Shown: positions 52,330 to 62,525 of the stretch, one piece after another
How the letters are laid out: every line of letters starts with the position of its first letter
Position numbering within the stretch: position 1 is the first letter of the stretch
Assembly: GCA_964629365.1 (NCBI GenBank)
Contig: CAZVRB010000005.1
Coordinates: 1 to 63,605, forward strand
Direction of reading: 5' to 3'
DNA length: 63,605 bases
DNA from: an uncultured Leptospiraceae bacterium
Lineage (GTDB): Bacteria; Spirochaetota; UBA4802; UB4802
Program-made: the position numbers and the translations under genes
Notes under the pieces: generated by a model
Databases searched by the model: none
Seen by the model: only the letters and a program-made list of their open reading frames with translations
What the model was told of the DNA's origin: nothing

Positions 52330-52424
52330 TACATGGAGTGTCTGGCTCACCAGGGGTAGTGTGTAATACACCCGGTTCACAGTTGCGGGACAGCGCGGGA
52401 TTCACACCCGACTTCCTCCGTGTA
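52330..52424 (-). ncRNA. Cobalamin riboswitch, compact form
   Basis: Minus strand: GGAAGTCGGGTGTGAATCCCGCGCTGTCCCGCAACTGTGA...GAGCCAGACACTCC, closed by TACACGGAG / CTCCATGTA; upstream of btuB. Confidence 0.9.
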
Positions 52425-52451
52425 GAGATACAAAAGATCAAATATAGGAAA

Positions 52452-52480
52452 ACACTATTTTGAAGACATAACTTTGTAAA
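52452..52480 (-). promoter_or_regulatory. Putative sigma-70 promoter of the riboswitch-btuB transcript
   Basis: Minus strand: TTTACA, 17-bp spacer, TAGTGT, just upstream of the aptamer. Confidence 0.55.
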
Positions 52481-52483
52481 GGA

Positions 52484-52594
52484 TTTTTTTTCACCACAGG
52501 GGCACAAAGGGCACAGAGAAAATTATTATATAAATAATGATCTTCTTACTTAAATACCCCCTCTGTGTCCATTGTGTCTCTGTGGTGAAAAAAA
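52484..52594. repeat. CACAGAG/CTCTGTG palindromic element (element C)
   Basis: TTTTCACCACAGGGGCACAAAGGGCACAGAG / CTCTGTGTCCATTGTGTCTCTGTGGTGAAAA around an AT-rich loop. Confidence 0.85.
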
Positions 52595-52606
52595 TAAGCT
52601 TATGGA

Positions 52607-53395
52607 TTATTTACGGTATCTCCCTGGAACGGGGTAGGTGTAGGGCTTTCCGGTGATGGGGTTTTCGTGTACAACGCATACGGTGTCAAACAGGGATTCG
52701 ATGGCCTGGTAGGTGATGATCTCCGATGGTGTACCGTCGGTGAATATTGTGCCGTCTTTAATGGCGATTATGCGGCTGCAGTAATCGGCGGCAAGGTTTA
52801 TATCATGCAGTACCGTGATGATGGTGGTGTCCTGAAGGTTCAGCTCTACCAGGTGGTCCATCACCTGGGTAACGTGGTTGATGTCCAGGTGGGCCACCGG
52901 TTCGTCAAGCAGGATTACCTGTTCTGCCTGTGCCACAGCCCTGGCGATAAATGAACGCTGCTGTTCACCACCTGAGAGTTGGGTGATTGGTTTTTCGCGT
53001 AACGGGTCAAGGTCCATGACCTTCAGGGCTTTTTCTACCACCTGACCATGACGGGCTTTTGCCCTGTTGAAGAATCTCTGGTGAGGAAACCTTCCCATTG
53101 ATACGAACTTTTCTACGGTGAAGGGGAGCAGGTTCTCAAGTTTCTGGTGTACAATGGCAACCTGCGGAGCGTACCGGTATGGAGGGATAGCTTTCACGTC
53201 CTGCCCCTTGAACTTGAGGGTGCCTTCGAGGGGAGAGAGTTGCCGGCTTAACAGTTTCAGTAGTGTTGATTTACCGGCGCCGTTTGGGCCGATGATGCCG
53301 ATAAATTCTCCTGGTTGTATGGAAAGTGAGATGTCGCGGAGTACAACCTGTTCGCCGTATCCCGCGTGAATATTTTTGAGGGAAAATAATGACAT
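52607..53395 (-). CDS. ABC transporter ATPase (BtuD/FecE-like)
   Basis: GPNGAGKSTLL, LSGGEQQR, LLDEP, HD; ATG 53395 overlaps the permease stop. Confidence 0.93.
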   Translation of the reverse strand: MSLFSLKNIHAGYGEQVVLRDISLSIQPGEFIGIIGPNGAGKSTLLKLLSRQLSPLEGTLKFKGQDVKAIPPYRYAPQVAIVHQKLENLLPFTVEKFVSMGRFPHQRFFNRAKARHGQVVEKALKVMDLDPLREKPITQLSGGEQQRSFIARAVAQAEQVILLDEPVAHLDINHVTQVMDHLVELNLQDTTIITVLHDINLAADYCSRIIAIKDGTIFTDGTPSEIITYQAIESLFDTVCVVHENPITGKPYTYPVPGRYRK

Positions 53396-54393
53396 CAGCC
53401 TGACCACCCCCTTTTGAGCAGTATGACGAGAAAAAAGATCCCGCCGAAAAAACCCATGATTATGCCGGCGGGTATTTCATAGGGGGATACCATTGTTCTC
53501 CCCATGGTGTCGGCCATGACCAGGAGCAGCCCGCCGGTGACGGCGGTTACCGGCAGTAATACCCTGTGTTCGGGGCCCGACAGCACCCGTACGGCGTGGG
53601 GGGTGATGAGACCGATAAATCCGATTACCCCTGCCAGTGATACCGAGATGGCCGCAAGCATGGAGGCCACCCAGAAAATAATCAGTATTTCTGAGCTGGT
53701 TATGCCGTGGCTGGCGGCGAAGTCGTCCCCGAAAGAGAGTATGTTCAGATGCCGTGAATAGAGCAGGGTGATAATCAGCAGGGCCCCCAGCGCGATGGCT
53801 GATTTTCCCAGGTAGTCATAACGGGCCAGCGAGAGATCTCCCATCAGCCACATGAGTGCCTTGTGTACCTGGTCGGCGCTGCTGAAGGCAAACAGCAGAA
53901 GCACTGCTGATGAAAAGATGAAGCTGAGTGACAGCCCTCCCAGGATCAGGGCGGGACTTGAAAATCCAAACTTTCGTGCCAGCAGGTAAACCAGCAGGAT
54001 TACGAATATGCTGCCGGCAAATGCACCTGCAAAAATGAAGCCGGTTGACAGTGACATGATAATGGCAAAGGCCGCGCCGCACGCCGCGCCGCTTGATATC
54101 CCCAGGGTAAAGGGTTCGGCCAGGGGGTTTTTCAGCAGGGCCTGGTAAAGTACTCCGCTTGCCCCCAGTGATGCCCCTATGATGAGTGCCATCAGGATGC
54201 GGGGAATTCTCAGTTTATACAGGATGATGGAAACGCTTTCAGGGGTGCCGTGAAAAAGTGCCTCTACTATGGTGGATGGGGCTATGTTTACCTGGCCCAG
54301 TATCATGGCCATTAATAGTATGCCTGTGCCGGCTAGAAGAATCAGCAGGGTGATGAAGAGGTTTCTTTTTTTTGTCATTGTCAGTTTCTTCAT
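53395..54393 (-). CDS. ABC transporter permease (BtuC/FecCD-like)
   Basis: LRIPRILMA, QALLKNPLAEPFTLGISSGA, WLMGDL, IGFIGLITPH. Confidence 0.93.
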   Translation of the reverse strand: MKKLTMTKKRNLFITLLILLAGTGILLMAMILGQVNIAPSTIVEALFHGTPESVSIILYKLRIPRILMALIIGASLGASGVLYQALLKNPLAEPFTLGISSGAACGAAFAIIMSLSTGFIFAGAFAGSIFVILLVYLLARKFGFSSPALILGGLSLSFIFSSAVLLLFAFSSADQVHKALMWLMGDLSLARYDYLGKSAIALGALLIITLLYSRHLNILSFGDDFAASHGITSSEILIIFWVASMLAAISVSLAGVIGFIGLITPHAVRVLSGPEHRVLLPVTAVTGGLLLVMADTMGRTMVSPYEIPAGIIMGFFGGIFFLVILLKRGWSG

Positions 54394-55301
54394 TGGATGT
54401 GTGCCGGTTGTTGTGTGTCTTTATTGAAAATATTTCTGAATTCCGCAAGGGTTTTTACATAATCACCCGGTGTATAATAACAGGCTGGATCGTAGCTTAT
54501 ATAATGTATGGCCCTATTGCGAATGGCATCAAGATGGTTGACATGATCTCCCAGTAATTCTTTCAGCCGTTGGCCGGTTGACGAAGAAGTTGTAATGATG
54601 ACCTGTGGATTTTTATGTATGATAAGTTCTGCCGTTATAACGGGGTACTGATGACGGGTGGTGGTTATAATGTTGTGTCCCCCGGCGTCGTTTATTATGT
54701 TTCCAATAAATGAAGTATGGTTTGCCGCGATAAGGGGACGGTCGGATAAAAGGAAGAGCACGTCAACCGGTGCTTCGGGGGTTGCCAGTATTTTTTCCCG
54801 AATGGTTCTGTATTGATGGAGTTTCTTTCGGGCCAGTTGCTGTTTTCCGGTTATGGTACCTATGGTCGTATATGTTTCTGCTATGGAGTCAAAGGTGGTG
54901 TACCCGGCAAATTTTTTTATGTTAATAGAAAGTGATGTAAGCCGTTCTGTAAATTGAGTGGGGTTGTCTTCACCGGAGAGAATAACAAGATCAGGTTTCT
55001 GCATGATTATTTTTTCCATGTTGAGGTTTACAAGGGTTCCCACAACCGGTATTTCTCTTTGCAATGGCGGATGATAGCTTGTTACCCCGGACAGGCGTGA
55101 TTCGGCATTCATATCCATGATCATTCTTGTGAGTGATGGGGAAAGAGATATTATGCGATGGTATTGTTGGTGTTGACTGGAGATACCGGCAGTTTCGGAT
55201 TCTGATGGCAGCAGCAAAAAAAATGTGATGGCAGACAGCAGCACAACAGGGATAAACGCATACATAATGCGGATATATATTGTCCGGGTATTGCTGAACA
55301 T
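54390..55301 (-). CDS. Helical-backbone substrate-binding protein (BtuF-like)
   Basis: RIISLSPSLT, E.II..KPDLVI, FIGNII..AGG.N. Confidence 0.88.
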   Translation of the reverse strand: MFSNTRTIYIRIMYAFIPVVLLSAITFFLLLPSESETAGISSQHQQYHRIISLSPSLTRMIMDMNAESRLSGVTSYHPPLQREIPVVGTLVNLNMEKIIMQKPDLVILSGEDNPTQFTERLTSLSINIKKFAGYTTFDSIAETYTTIGTITGKQQLARKKLHQYRTIREKILATPEAPVDVLFLLSDRPLIAANHTSFIGNIINDAGGHNIITTTRHQYPVITAELIIHKNPQVIITTSSSTGQRLKELLGDHVNHLDAIRNRAIHYISYDPACYYTPGDYVKTLAEFRNIFNKDTQQPAHIQ

Positions 55302-55302
55302 T

Positions 55303-56562
55303 TCAGGCCAGTTTTACCCTGTTGGCCCATTCCACGGCCTGCAGGTAGGATAGGGATATGGATTCTTCGTCCAGGGAGAGTTTATTGGCAAGTGATTCCA
55401 TGGATTCCCAGTTCCCCTTTTCATGAAGCAGCATTAAGGTATAGTAATCAGTAAGTGGTCCCTGCTGTCCGATGAGGGCATCCTTGATTGAGTCATCGAG
55501 GTTTAACTCACCGAGAATTACATTTATCGGTTTGTCAACAAAGGCATCGATCAGTGAGAACATACCCATCAGAAAAAGATCGGATGATATTTCCTTCATT
55601 CCTGTTTTCAGGGCAAGATCTTCTGCGAAACGTGCCCGTATAATTGAAGTAGCCACCAGTTCTTCAGGTTTGTCGTCTCCCATCCCGCTTAATGCCATGA
55701 GGGAAATCCACTTGCGAAACTCCCTGATCCCCAGCAACGTGAGGGCCTGTTTGATTGAATGTATTTTACTGGTAAAGCCGAATGCGGCGGAATTGATGAA
55801 TTTCAGAAGTTTATAACTGAGCGACATGTCTCTTTTGATAATATTTTCAATATTACTATATTCAAAATCTCTTGAATGTACTTCCTGCAGTATCTCCAGG
55901 TAGTTCAACTTGTAACCGGGTATGTCCTTGCCTTCAATCACCTGGGGTTTGCTGAAAAAATACCCCTGGAAATATGAATACCCGTCAGAAAGAGCCTGGT
56001 GATATTCTTCATAGGTTTCAATCTTTTCAGCCAAAAGTTTTACCGGGTATTCTTCTGCAAGGGCAAGTATTACCCCGTGTGATTGGGGAGTAATTTTTCT
56101 GAAATCAATTTTTACAATATCAGCGATTTCAAGGAGGGGCCTGTATTTATCGTGAAATACGAAATCATCCAGGGCCAGCATATATCCTGCTTTCTTCAGT
56201 TTCCTGCATTTACTGATGATTTCGTCAGAGGGTTCAACGTTTTCAAGAATTTCAATAGTCAAAAGCTCCCTGGGGAATATGGTTGCCGCTTCGCTGTTTA
56301 GCAGGGTTTCTGTGAAATTAATAAATCCCCTTTTCCCACCTGTCATTGAGTCCATTCCGAATAACAGGAAACTTGAAAGAATGGTCTGTGAACTTGCGTA
56401 ATCCCCGTCAAGGGTATTGTAGAAGTTGTGAAATCCTTCACGAAAAAGCAGTTCATATCCGAATACATGTGTATGCCGATCAAATATTGGCTGGCGTGCA
56501 ATAAAGGTGCCTTTTGCCACATTGATTTTGGTTGTAGGGTCGGAATATACTTTATTTCTCAT
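55303..56562 (-). CDS. EAL + HDOD protein (YuxH/PdeH-like, c-di-GMP related)
   Basis: ARQPIFD, YELLFR, IEILE, ALDDF, LLAEKIET, FQGYFFSKP, then HDOD (DMSLSYKLLKFINSAAF, SIKQALTLLG). Confidence 0.9.
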   Translation of the reverse strand: MRNKVYSDPTTKINVAKGTFIARQPIFDRHTHVFGYELLFREGFHNFYNTLDGDYASSQTILSSFLLFGMDSMTGGKRGFINFTETLLNSEAATIFPRELLTIEILENVEPSDEIISKCRKLKKAGYMLALDDFVFHDKYRPLLEIADIVKIDFRKITPQSHGVILALAEEYPVKLLAEKIETYEEYHQALSDGYSYFQGYFFSKPQVIEGKDIPGYKLNYLEILQEVHSRDFEYSNIENIIKRDMSLSYKLLKFINSAAFGFTSKIHSIKQALTLLGIREFRKWISLMALSGMGDDKPEELVATSIIRARFAEDLALKTGMKEISSDLFLMGMFSLIDAFVDKPINVILGELNLDDSIKDALIGQQGPLTDYYTLMLLHEKGNWESMESLANKLSLDEESISLSYLQAVEWANRVKLA

Positions 56563-56661
56563 AATATTTTACTGCTTTATACCTGCCGGATTTTACCCGT
56601 TTTTTATATTATTTTTTAAACTATAGATTGCATAAGCATATTATTCAAATGTTTTTTACCT

Positions 56662-57378
56662 TCAACTGAAAAAGAGCACGACAGCCAGCACTATTAAAAG
56701 TATAAATACAATTTTTTTAAATACATCCTGGTTTATCCTTTCATATACAAACGAGCCTGCAACCACCCCCATGATCAATACTGGTAGTGTTAACACGAAG
56801 TAGTGCAGCACCTCAACGGTTATCAGTCCGTGAAATCCGTGCATTGTAATCAGCATGATCCCTGAAAGCAGAAAAAAAGACTGCAGGGTGATGGTGATAT
56901 CATTTTTATTCCATGACTGCATGGAGGTGTAGATGATTGCCGGGGGGCCGTTAGTGTTGAACGCTCCCCCCAGGCACCCGGATAGAAATCCGAAGAGATA
57001 CCCCCATTCTTTACGCAGAATGGTGTTGTGGGTCACATGTAATAGTGAATACAGTGAATATATCAGTAGAACAATGGCCAGAATCTTCTTCACGATATTT
57101 TCGGGAAAATGGGTAAGAAAATATATGCCAACGGGTATACCGGGAAGAGCCCCCGCAACAAGTGGTAATACTTTTTTTATATCAAAATGTCTTCTGAGGC
57201 GTAGAAATATGGAAATAGTGATAAAGGTTCCCATCATAGCTACAAGGGGGGTTACAAAGGTAATAGGCAGCAGCAGGGTGAGAAGGGACATGCATACCAG
57301 TGCCGCTCCGAATCCTGCCACGGATTGGGTAAATGCCGCGAAAAAGACTATTATCAATACCGGTAGTACCTGTGTCAT
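56662..57378 (-). CDS. Sulfite exporter TauE/SafE (TSUP) family protein
   Basis: QSVAGFGAAL, G.PG..VG, GFLSGCLGGAFNTNGPP. Confidence 0.85.
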   Translation of the reverse strand: MTQVLPVLIIVFFAAFTQSVAGFGAALVCMSLLTLLLPITFVTPLVAMMGTFITISIFLRLRRHFDIKKVLPLVAGALPGIPVGIYFLTHFPENIVKKILAIVLLIYSLYSLLHVTHNTILRKEWGYLFGFLSGCLGGAFNTNGPPAIIYTSMQSWNKNDITITLQSFFLLSGIMLITMHGFHGLITVEVLHYFVLTLPVLIMGVVAGSFVYERINQDVFKKIVFILLIVLAVVLFFS

Positions 57379-57604
57379 TTTCTATTCACTTAACGCTGCC
57401 CATGTGGATTGCGTACTTTTACCCTGTCTTTCTTCAGTTTCATCTACTATTGTGATCTCCTGCGTCATGTTTTACGTGTATATTATACTATAATCATGAA
57501 GGGTGTTCAATGTATATAATATCTTGTATAGTAATAGTTAGCACTTGTTGTGAATATTAAACATTTTTATTGACTCAATGAGATTTTTTGTTGAAAGAAT
57601 TTGG

Positions 57605-57628
57605 CTATTTGGCTATATTGCCAAATAG
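57605..57628 (+). promoter_or_regulatory. Probable ArsR operator
   Basis: CTATTTGGC-TATATT-GCCAAATAG inverted repeat immediately before the arsR Shine-Dalgarno. Confidence 0.75.
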
Positions 57629-57646
57629 AAGTGCAAGGAGATCACA

Positions 57647-57991
57647 ATGAATGAACAGGAAAAAAATCAATATAACGCACGGGCGCGGGTGATAAAGGCC
57701 ATGGGGCATCCCAGCAGGCTGTTCATGGTAGACCAGTTACAAAAAGGGCCTCTTTGCGTGTGTGAGCTTACCGAAATGGTTGGGGCTGATACCTCAACAG
57801 TGTCCAAACACCTGAGTGTATTAAAAAATGCCGGCCTCGTGTATGATCAGCGTGAGGGGAATACCGTGTATTACCATCTCCGTGTTCCCTGTGTGCTGGA
57901 TTTTCTCAATTGTGTGGACTCCGTTCTCGAAGTGAACATGGATGAGCAGATTCGTATTGTACGTTCCTGCCAGGCGAAAAATATTTCATAA
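57647..57991 (+). CDS. arsR: ArsR/SmtB-family repressor
   Basis: KAMGHPSRL, LCVCEL (metalloid-binding CVC), STVSKHL, REG..VYY. Confidence 0.92.
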   Translation: MNEQEKNQYNARARVIKAMGHPSRLFMVDQLQKGPLCVCELTEMVGADTSTVSKHLSVLKNAGLVYDQREGNTVYYHLRVPCVLDFLNCVDSVLEVNMDEQIRIVRSCQAKNIS

Positions 57992-58019
57992 TTGCTAAAA
58001 GATTTAATTAAGGGAGTAA

Positions 58020-59321
58020 ATGATGAACTGGAAAACCGAGTGGAAACCGCTGGTATATATTGTGGGTGCGTTTCTTGTCTTTTTCTACCTGCCTGTGGGG
58101 ATGCCCAGGTTTGATAATGCCGTATTTGAAGCGTTACACCTTACAAAGTGGTACGCGCAGGAGCATGTACTCTTGTGTCTTGTTCCGGCTTTTTTTATCG
58201 CCGGTGCTATTGCGGTATTCGTCAGCCAGGCGTCGGTGATGAAATACCTTGGCCCAACCGCCCCAAAGATGCTGGCCTACGGGGTGGCTTCGGTGTCGGG
58301 TACAATTCTGGCGGTATGTTCGTGTACGGTGCTTCCCCTTTTCGCGGGGATCCACACCATGGGTGCGGGTCTTGGCCCGGCCTCGGCATTTCTGTATTCG
58401 GGTCCCGCCATCAATGTGCTGGCTATTATTCTTACCGCCCGTGTGCTGGGACTTGAGATTGGTATCGCCAGGGCGGTAGGAGCCATTGTTTTCAGCGTCG
58501 TTATCGGTCTTATTATGCATTTTATCTATCGTAAAGAAGAAATTGAGAAAGCTAATGCCATGATGGCAACACCTGATCCGGAAGTATCGCGGCCCCTGTG
58601 GCAGAACATGATCTATTTCGGACTCATGGTGGCTATCCTGGTATTCGCCAACTGGGGAAAGCCTGAAACAGCAGAAGGGGCGTGGTATTTTATCTACAGC
58701 ATGAAGTGGCAGATAACCGGTATGTCAACACTGCTGCTTGGCATCGTTATGGTACAGTGGTTTAACGTGAAATTGTGGAAGATGGCAGTTGCAGGGCTTG
58801 CAGTAGCAGCTTCAATATTTCTGTTTCCCGGTTCTCACATGATCCCCTTCGCCGTTGGAGTGGTGGGCCTCGGGGTAATCACCAGCACCGGTAAGGGTGA
58901 GACAAAAGAGTGGTTCGAACAGACATGGACATTTACGAAGCAGATACTGCCCCTTCTGCTTTTTGGTGTACTGATTGCCGGATTCCTGCTTGGACGACCG
59001 GGCCACGAAGGGATGATCCCTTCAGAATGGGTGGCGGGCATGGTTGGCGGTAATTCAATATGGGCCAACCTGTTTGCTTCGGTGGCGGGGGCCTTCATGT
59101 ACTTCGCCACACTCACGGAAGTTCCCATCCTGCAGGGACTGATGGGAAGCGGTATGGGACAGGGACCCGCCCTTGCGTTGCTGCTTGCGGGCCCGGCATT
59201 GTCTTTGCCCAATATGCTGGTAATACGAAGCGTCATCGGCACGAAGAAGACCATCGTCTATGTACTGCTGGTAGTGGTCATGTCCACGGTATGCGGAGTT
59301 CTATATGGACTTATTATGTAA
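58020..59321 (+). CDS. Permease, DUF318/ArsP-like
   Basis: Many TM helices; VCSCTVLPLF, FLYSGPAIN, YFATLTEVPI, LLAGPALSLP. Confidence 0.82.
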   Translation: MMNWKTEWKPLVYIVGAFLVFFYLPVGMPRFDNAVFEALHLTKWYAQEHVLLCLVPAFFIAGAIAVFVSQASVMKYLGPTAPKMLAYGVASVSGTILAVCSCTVLPLFAGIHTMGAGLGPASAFLYSGPAINVLAIILTARVLGLEIGIARAVGAIVFSVVIGLIMHFIYRKEEIEKANAMMATPDPEVSRPLWQNMIYFGLMVAILVFANWGKPETAEGAWYFIYSMKWQITGMSTLLLGIVMVQWFNVKLWKMAVAGLAVAASIFLFPGSHMIPFAVGVVGLGVITSTGKGETKEWFEQTWTFTKQILPLLLFGVLIAGFLLGRPGHEGMIPSEWVAGMVGGNSIWANLFASVAGAFMYFATLTEVPILQGLMGSGMGQGPALALLLAGPALSLPNMLVIRSVIGTKKTIVYVLLVVVMSTVCGVLYGLIM

Positions 59322-59338
59322 TAAACGTAACTAAGTAG

Positions 59339-59432
59339 AACCACAGAGACCCGGAGAAACAGAGAAAGGATTATATAGATTTCTAACTGAAACATGAAAA
59401 TTTTTTCTCTGTACCTCTGAGCCTCTGTGGTT
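59339..59432. repeat. CACAGAG/CTCTGTG palindromic element (element D)
   Basis: AACCACAGAGACCCGGAGAAACAGAG / CTCTGTACCTCTGAGCCTCTGTGGTT, inside the ars operon. Confidence 0.85.
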
Positions 59433-59456
59433 AATTATTTAAAAAGGAGATTAACT

Positions 59457-59693
59457 ATGAAGACTATTGAAATACTGGGTACTGGATGTGCAAAGTGTAA
59501 TAAGCTGCAGGAAACGTCAGAAGAAGCCGCGAAAGAACTGGGGATTGAGTATACACTTAAGAAAGTATCTGACGTGAAAGACATAATGAAATACGGGGTG
59601 ATGATGACACCGGCGCTCGTGGTTGATGGTGAGGTGAAAGTTTCGGGAAAGGTGCCCTCGCTTGACGAAGTAAAGAAACTGATGCAGGATTGA
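59457..59693 (+). CDS. Small redox-active disulfide protein (MTH895-like thioredoxin)
   Basis: ILGTGCAKC, YGVMMTPALVVDG; ATG follows AAGGAG. Confidence 0.88.
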   Translation: MKTIEILGTGCAKCNKLQETSEEAAKELGIEYTLKKVSDVKDIMKYGVMMTPALVVDGEVKVSGKVPSLDEVKKLMQD

Positions 59694-59720
59694 TATACTG
59701 TAAAGTACAAAGAGGAATGT

Positions 59721-60119
59721 ATGAAATGTAAACTAACGATCATCGGTATGGTGATAATGCTTTCGGCCGCCCTATCATCATGCAGCGGAAAAGAGAATGA
59801 CATGGCTGAAAAGAAATCACCTGCTGATAAGGGCGATCATGTTGTTACCTTTGTTGAACTGGGGTCAGAGAATTGCATACCCTGTAAGATGATGAAGCCG
59901 GTCATGAAGAAGGTAGAAGAAAAATACGGAAGCCAGGTACGGGTGGTGTTTCATGATGTGGGCACCAGCGAGGGCCGGCCATACGCCCAGTCATACAGCA
60001 TCAGGGTTATACCCACACAGGTATTCCTGAATAAGGATGGAAGGGAGTATTATCGTCATGAAGGCTTTTTCCCTTTTGACGAGATTGAGAAGGTGTTGAA
60101 AAAGCAAGGGGTTCAGTAA
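59721..60119 (+). CDS. Thioredoxin-family lipoprotein
   Basis: Lipobox LSSC, CIPC active site, IPTQVF. Confidence 0.85.
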   Translation: MKCKLTIIGMVIMLSAALSSCSGKENDMAEKKSPADKGDHVVTFVELGSENCIPCKMMKPVMKKVEEKYGSQVRVVFHDVGTSEGRPYAQSYSIRVIPTQVFLNKDGREYYRHEGFFPFDEIEKVLKKQGVQ

Positions 60120-60832
60120 TGCTGCTTGAGCTGTTCACCTGGCTTTCGGGGGCACTGTACGCGTCAACCAGCATGGCCCTGCTGGCTGCTTTTACCTGGG
60201 GTATTTTAAGCATACTGCTTTCACCATGTCATCTTGCCAGTATTCCGCTTATCGTTGGTTTCATTGATGACCAGGGTGTGCGTACCCCGGGCAGGGCCTT
60301 CTTGCTGTCCCTCCTTTTTTCGCTGGGGATATTGATAACCATCGGACTCGTAGGAGTGGTTACCGGTCTGGCGGGCAGAATGATTGGAGACGTGGGTACC
60401 TGGGGTAACATCGGGGTTGCCATTATCTTCTTTATTATAGGACTGCACTTGATGGAGATCATCACACTGCCCTTTCTTTCTTCCTGCGCCTCTCCATCGG
60501 TCAAAAAGAAAGGAAAACTTGCCGCCTTCGTGCTTGGCCTGGTATTCGGCATCGCCCTTGGCCCCTGTACCTTCGCCTATATGGCCCCCATGCTGGGAGT
60601 AGCATTCAGCGTGGCATCAACCCGGTTCGTGTTCGCGGTATTACTGGTTGCTGTGTATGCCATCGGGCATTGCTCAATTATCGTGCTGGCAGGTACCTTT
60701 ACCGAGGTGCTGCAGAAATACCTTAACTGGAACGAGCGATCGCGGGGTGGGGTAATATTAAAAAAGGTATGCGGCGTGCTGGTGATACTGGGTGGTGTGT
60801 ACCTGGTTGTTACTTCAACCGGTATTCTATAA
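60119..60832 (+). CDS. CcdA/DsbD-type transmembrane thiol-disulfide electron transporter
   Basis: LSPCHL and LGPCT paired motifs in a six-TM protein. Confidence 0.85.
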   Translation: MLLELFTWLSGALYASTSMALLAAFTWGILSILLSPCHLASIPLIVGFIDDQGVRTPGRAFLLSLLFSLGILITIGLVGVVTGLAGRMIGDVGTWGNIGVAIIFFIIGLHLMEIITLPFLSSCASPSVKKKGKLAAFVLGLVFGIALGPCTFAYMAPMLGVAFSVASTRFVFAVLLVAVYAIGHCSIIVLAGTFTEVLQKYLNWNERSRGGVILKKVCGVLVILGGVYLVVTSTGIL

Positions 60833-60866
60833 TATTGTGAGTTATTACTTGCAGGAGGAGTTTTTG

Positions 60867-61949
60867 ATGACCGATAAAATAACCAGAAAACTTTCATTCA
60901 TAGACAGGTATCTTACCCTCTGGATATTCCTGGCCATGGCCGTGGGAGTACTCATCGGCTTTGTCTTCCAGGAGCCTGTTGAAACATTCAATAAAGCTCT
61001 CACCGTGGGAAAGCATACCAACCTTCTGATAGCATTTGGGCTGATACTGATGATGTATCCCCCGCTGGCGAAAGTGAAATACAAGTTTATGCCGAAAGTG
61101 TTCGCTGATACAAAGATACTGGGACTTTCGCTGGTGCAGAACTGGATGGTGGGGCCGGTCATGATGTTTTTTCTTTCCATCCTGTTTTTCGGGTTTGTTG
61201 CACCGGCAATTTTCGGTCCCAACCCCCTGTGGGGATACTACATGACAGGTCTTATTCTGGTGGGAATCGCCCGCTGCATAGCCATGGTGCTGGTATGGAA
61301 CCAGCTTGCGGGTGGAAGCAGTGAATACGGGGCGGGACTTGTAGCGCTGAACAGTATATTCCAGATCTTTACATTTGGTATATATGCCTGGGTATTTATT
61401 ACCGTGTTGCCCCCATTGTTCGGTCTTCAGGGATCGGCGGTTGAAGTGACCATCGGCGAGGTCTTTGCAAGTGTAATTATATACCTGGGTATTCCATTCG
61501 CGGCCGGTATTCTGAGCCGTGTCATTCTTATCCCAATGAAGGGGGAAGAATGGTATGACAGGGAGTTTGTTCCGAAAATTTCTCCCATAACACTGGTGGC
61601 GCTGTTGTTTACCATCGTGGTTATGTTCAGCACACAGGGCACGCAGATCATTGAAAGGCCCCAGGACGTGCTGTGGATTGCCATACCTTTAAGCTTCTAT
61701 TTCGTGATAATGTTCCTGGTGAGCTTTTTTATGGCTTCTAAACTCGGGGCTGATTATGAAAGAAGCGCCACCCTGGCCTTTACCGCGTCGGGGAACAACT
61801 TTGAACTGGCCATAGCGGTGGCCATAGCAGTGTTCGGTATCGCCTCACCCATCGCCTTTGCAACCGTGGTTGGCCCCCTGGTTGAAGTACCGGTGCTCAT
61901 CAGCCTGGTGAACGTGTCGTTGTATTTTCGGAGAAAGTATTTCGATTAA
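60867..61949 (+). CDS. acr3: Acr3-family arsenite efflux pump
   Basis: [52 protein letters not shown]. Confidence 0.95.
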   Translation: MTDKITRKLSFIDRYLTLWIFLAMAVGVLIGFVFQEPVETFNKALTVGKHTNLLIAFGLILMMYPPLAKVKYKFMPKVFADTKILGLSLVQNWMVGPVMMFFLSILFFGFVAPAIFGPNPLWGYYMTGLILVGIARCIAMVLVWNQLAGGSSEYGAGLVALNSIFQIFTFGIYAWVFITVLPPLFGLQGSAVEVTIGEVFASVIIYLGIPFAAGILSRVILIPMKGEEWYDREFVPKISPITLVALLFTIVVMFSTQGTQIIERPQDVLWIAIPLSFYFVIMFLVSFFMASKLGADYERSATLAFTASGNNFELAIAVAIAVFGIASPIAFATVVGPLVEVPVLISLVNVSLYFRRKYFD

Positions 61950-62039
61950 TTAAAACTTAATGAATTCTTCACTTTTTCTTAAAATACTTACAGTAATATC
62001 AGAACAGTAATTCTAAAAAATGATGGGGAATATCAGGAT

Positions 62040-62510
<471 letters not shown>

Positions 62511-62525
62511 GTACTATCCTGAGAT

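Noticed and set aside
16050-59432. CACAGAG/CGCAAAG repeats as a CRISPR array
   Set aside because: They are dispersed inverted repeats, not regularly spaced direct repeats with unique spacers, and there are no cas genes.
59457-60119. Selenocysteine in the small redox proteins
   Set aside because: The active-site codons are ordinary Cys codons (e.g. TGT GCA AAG TGT); no in-frame TGA.
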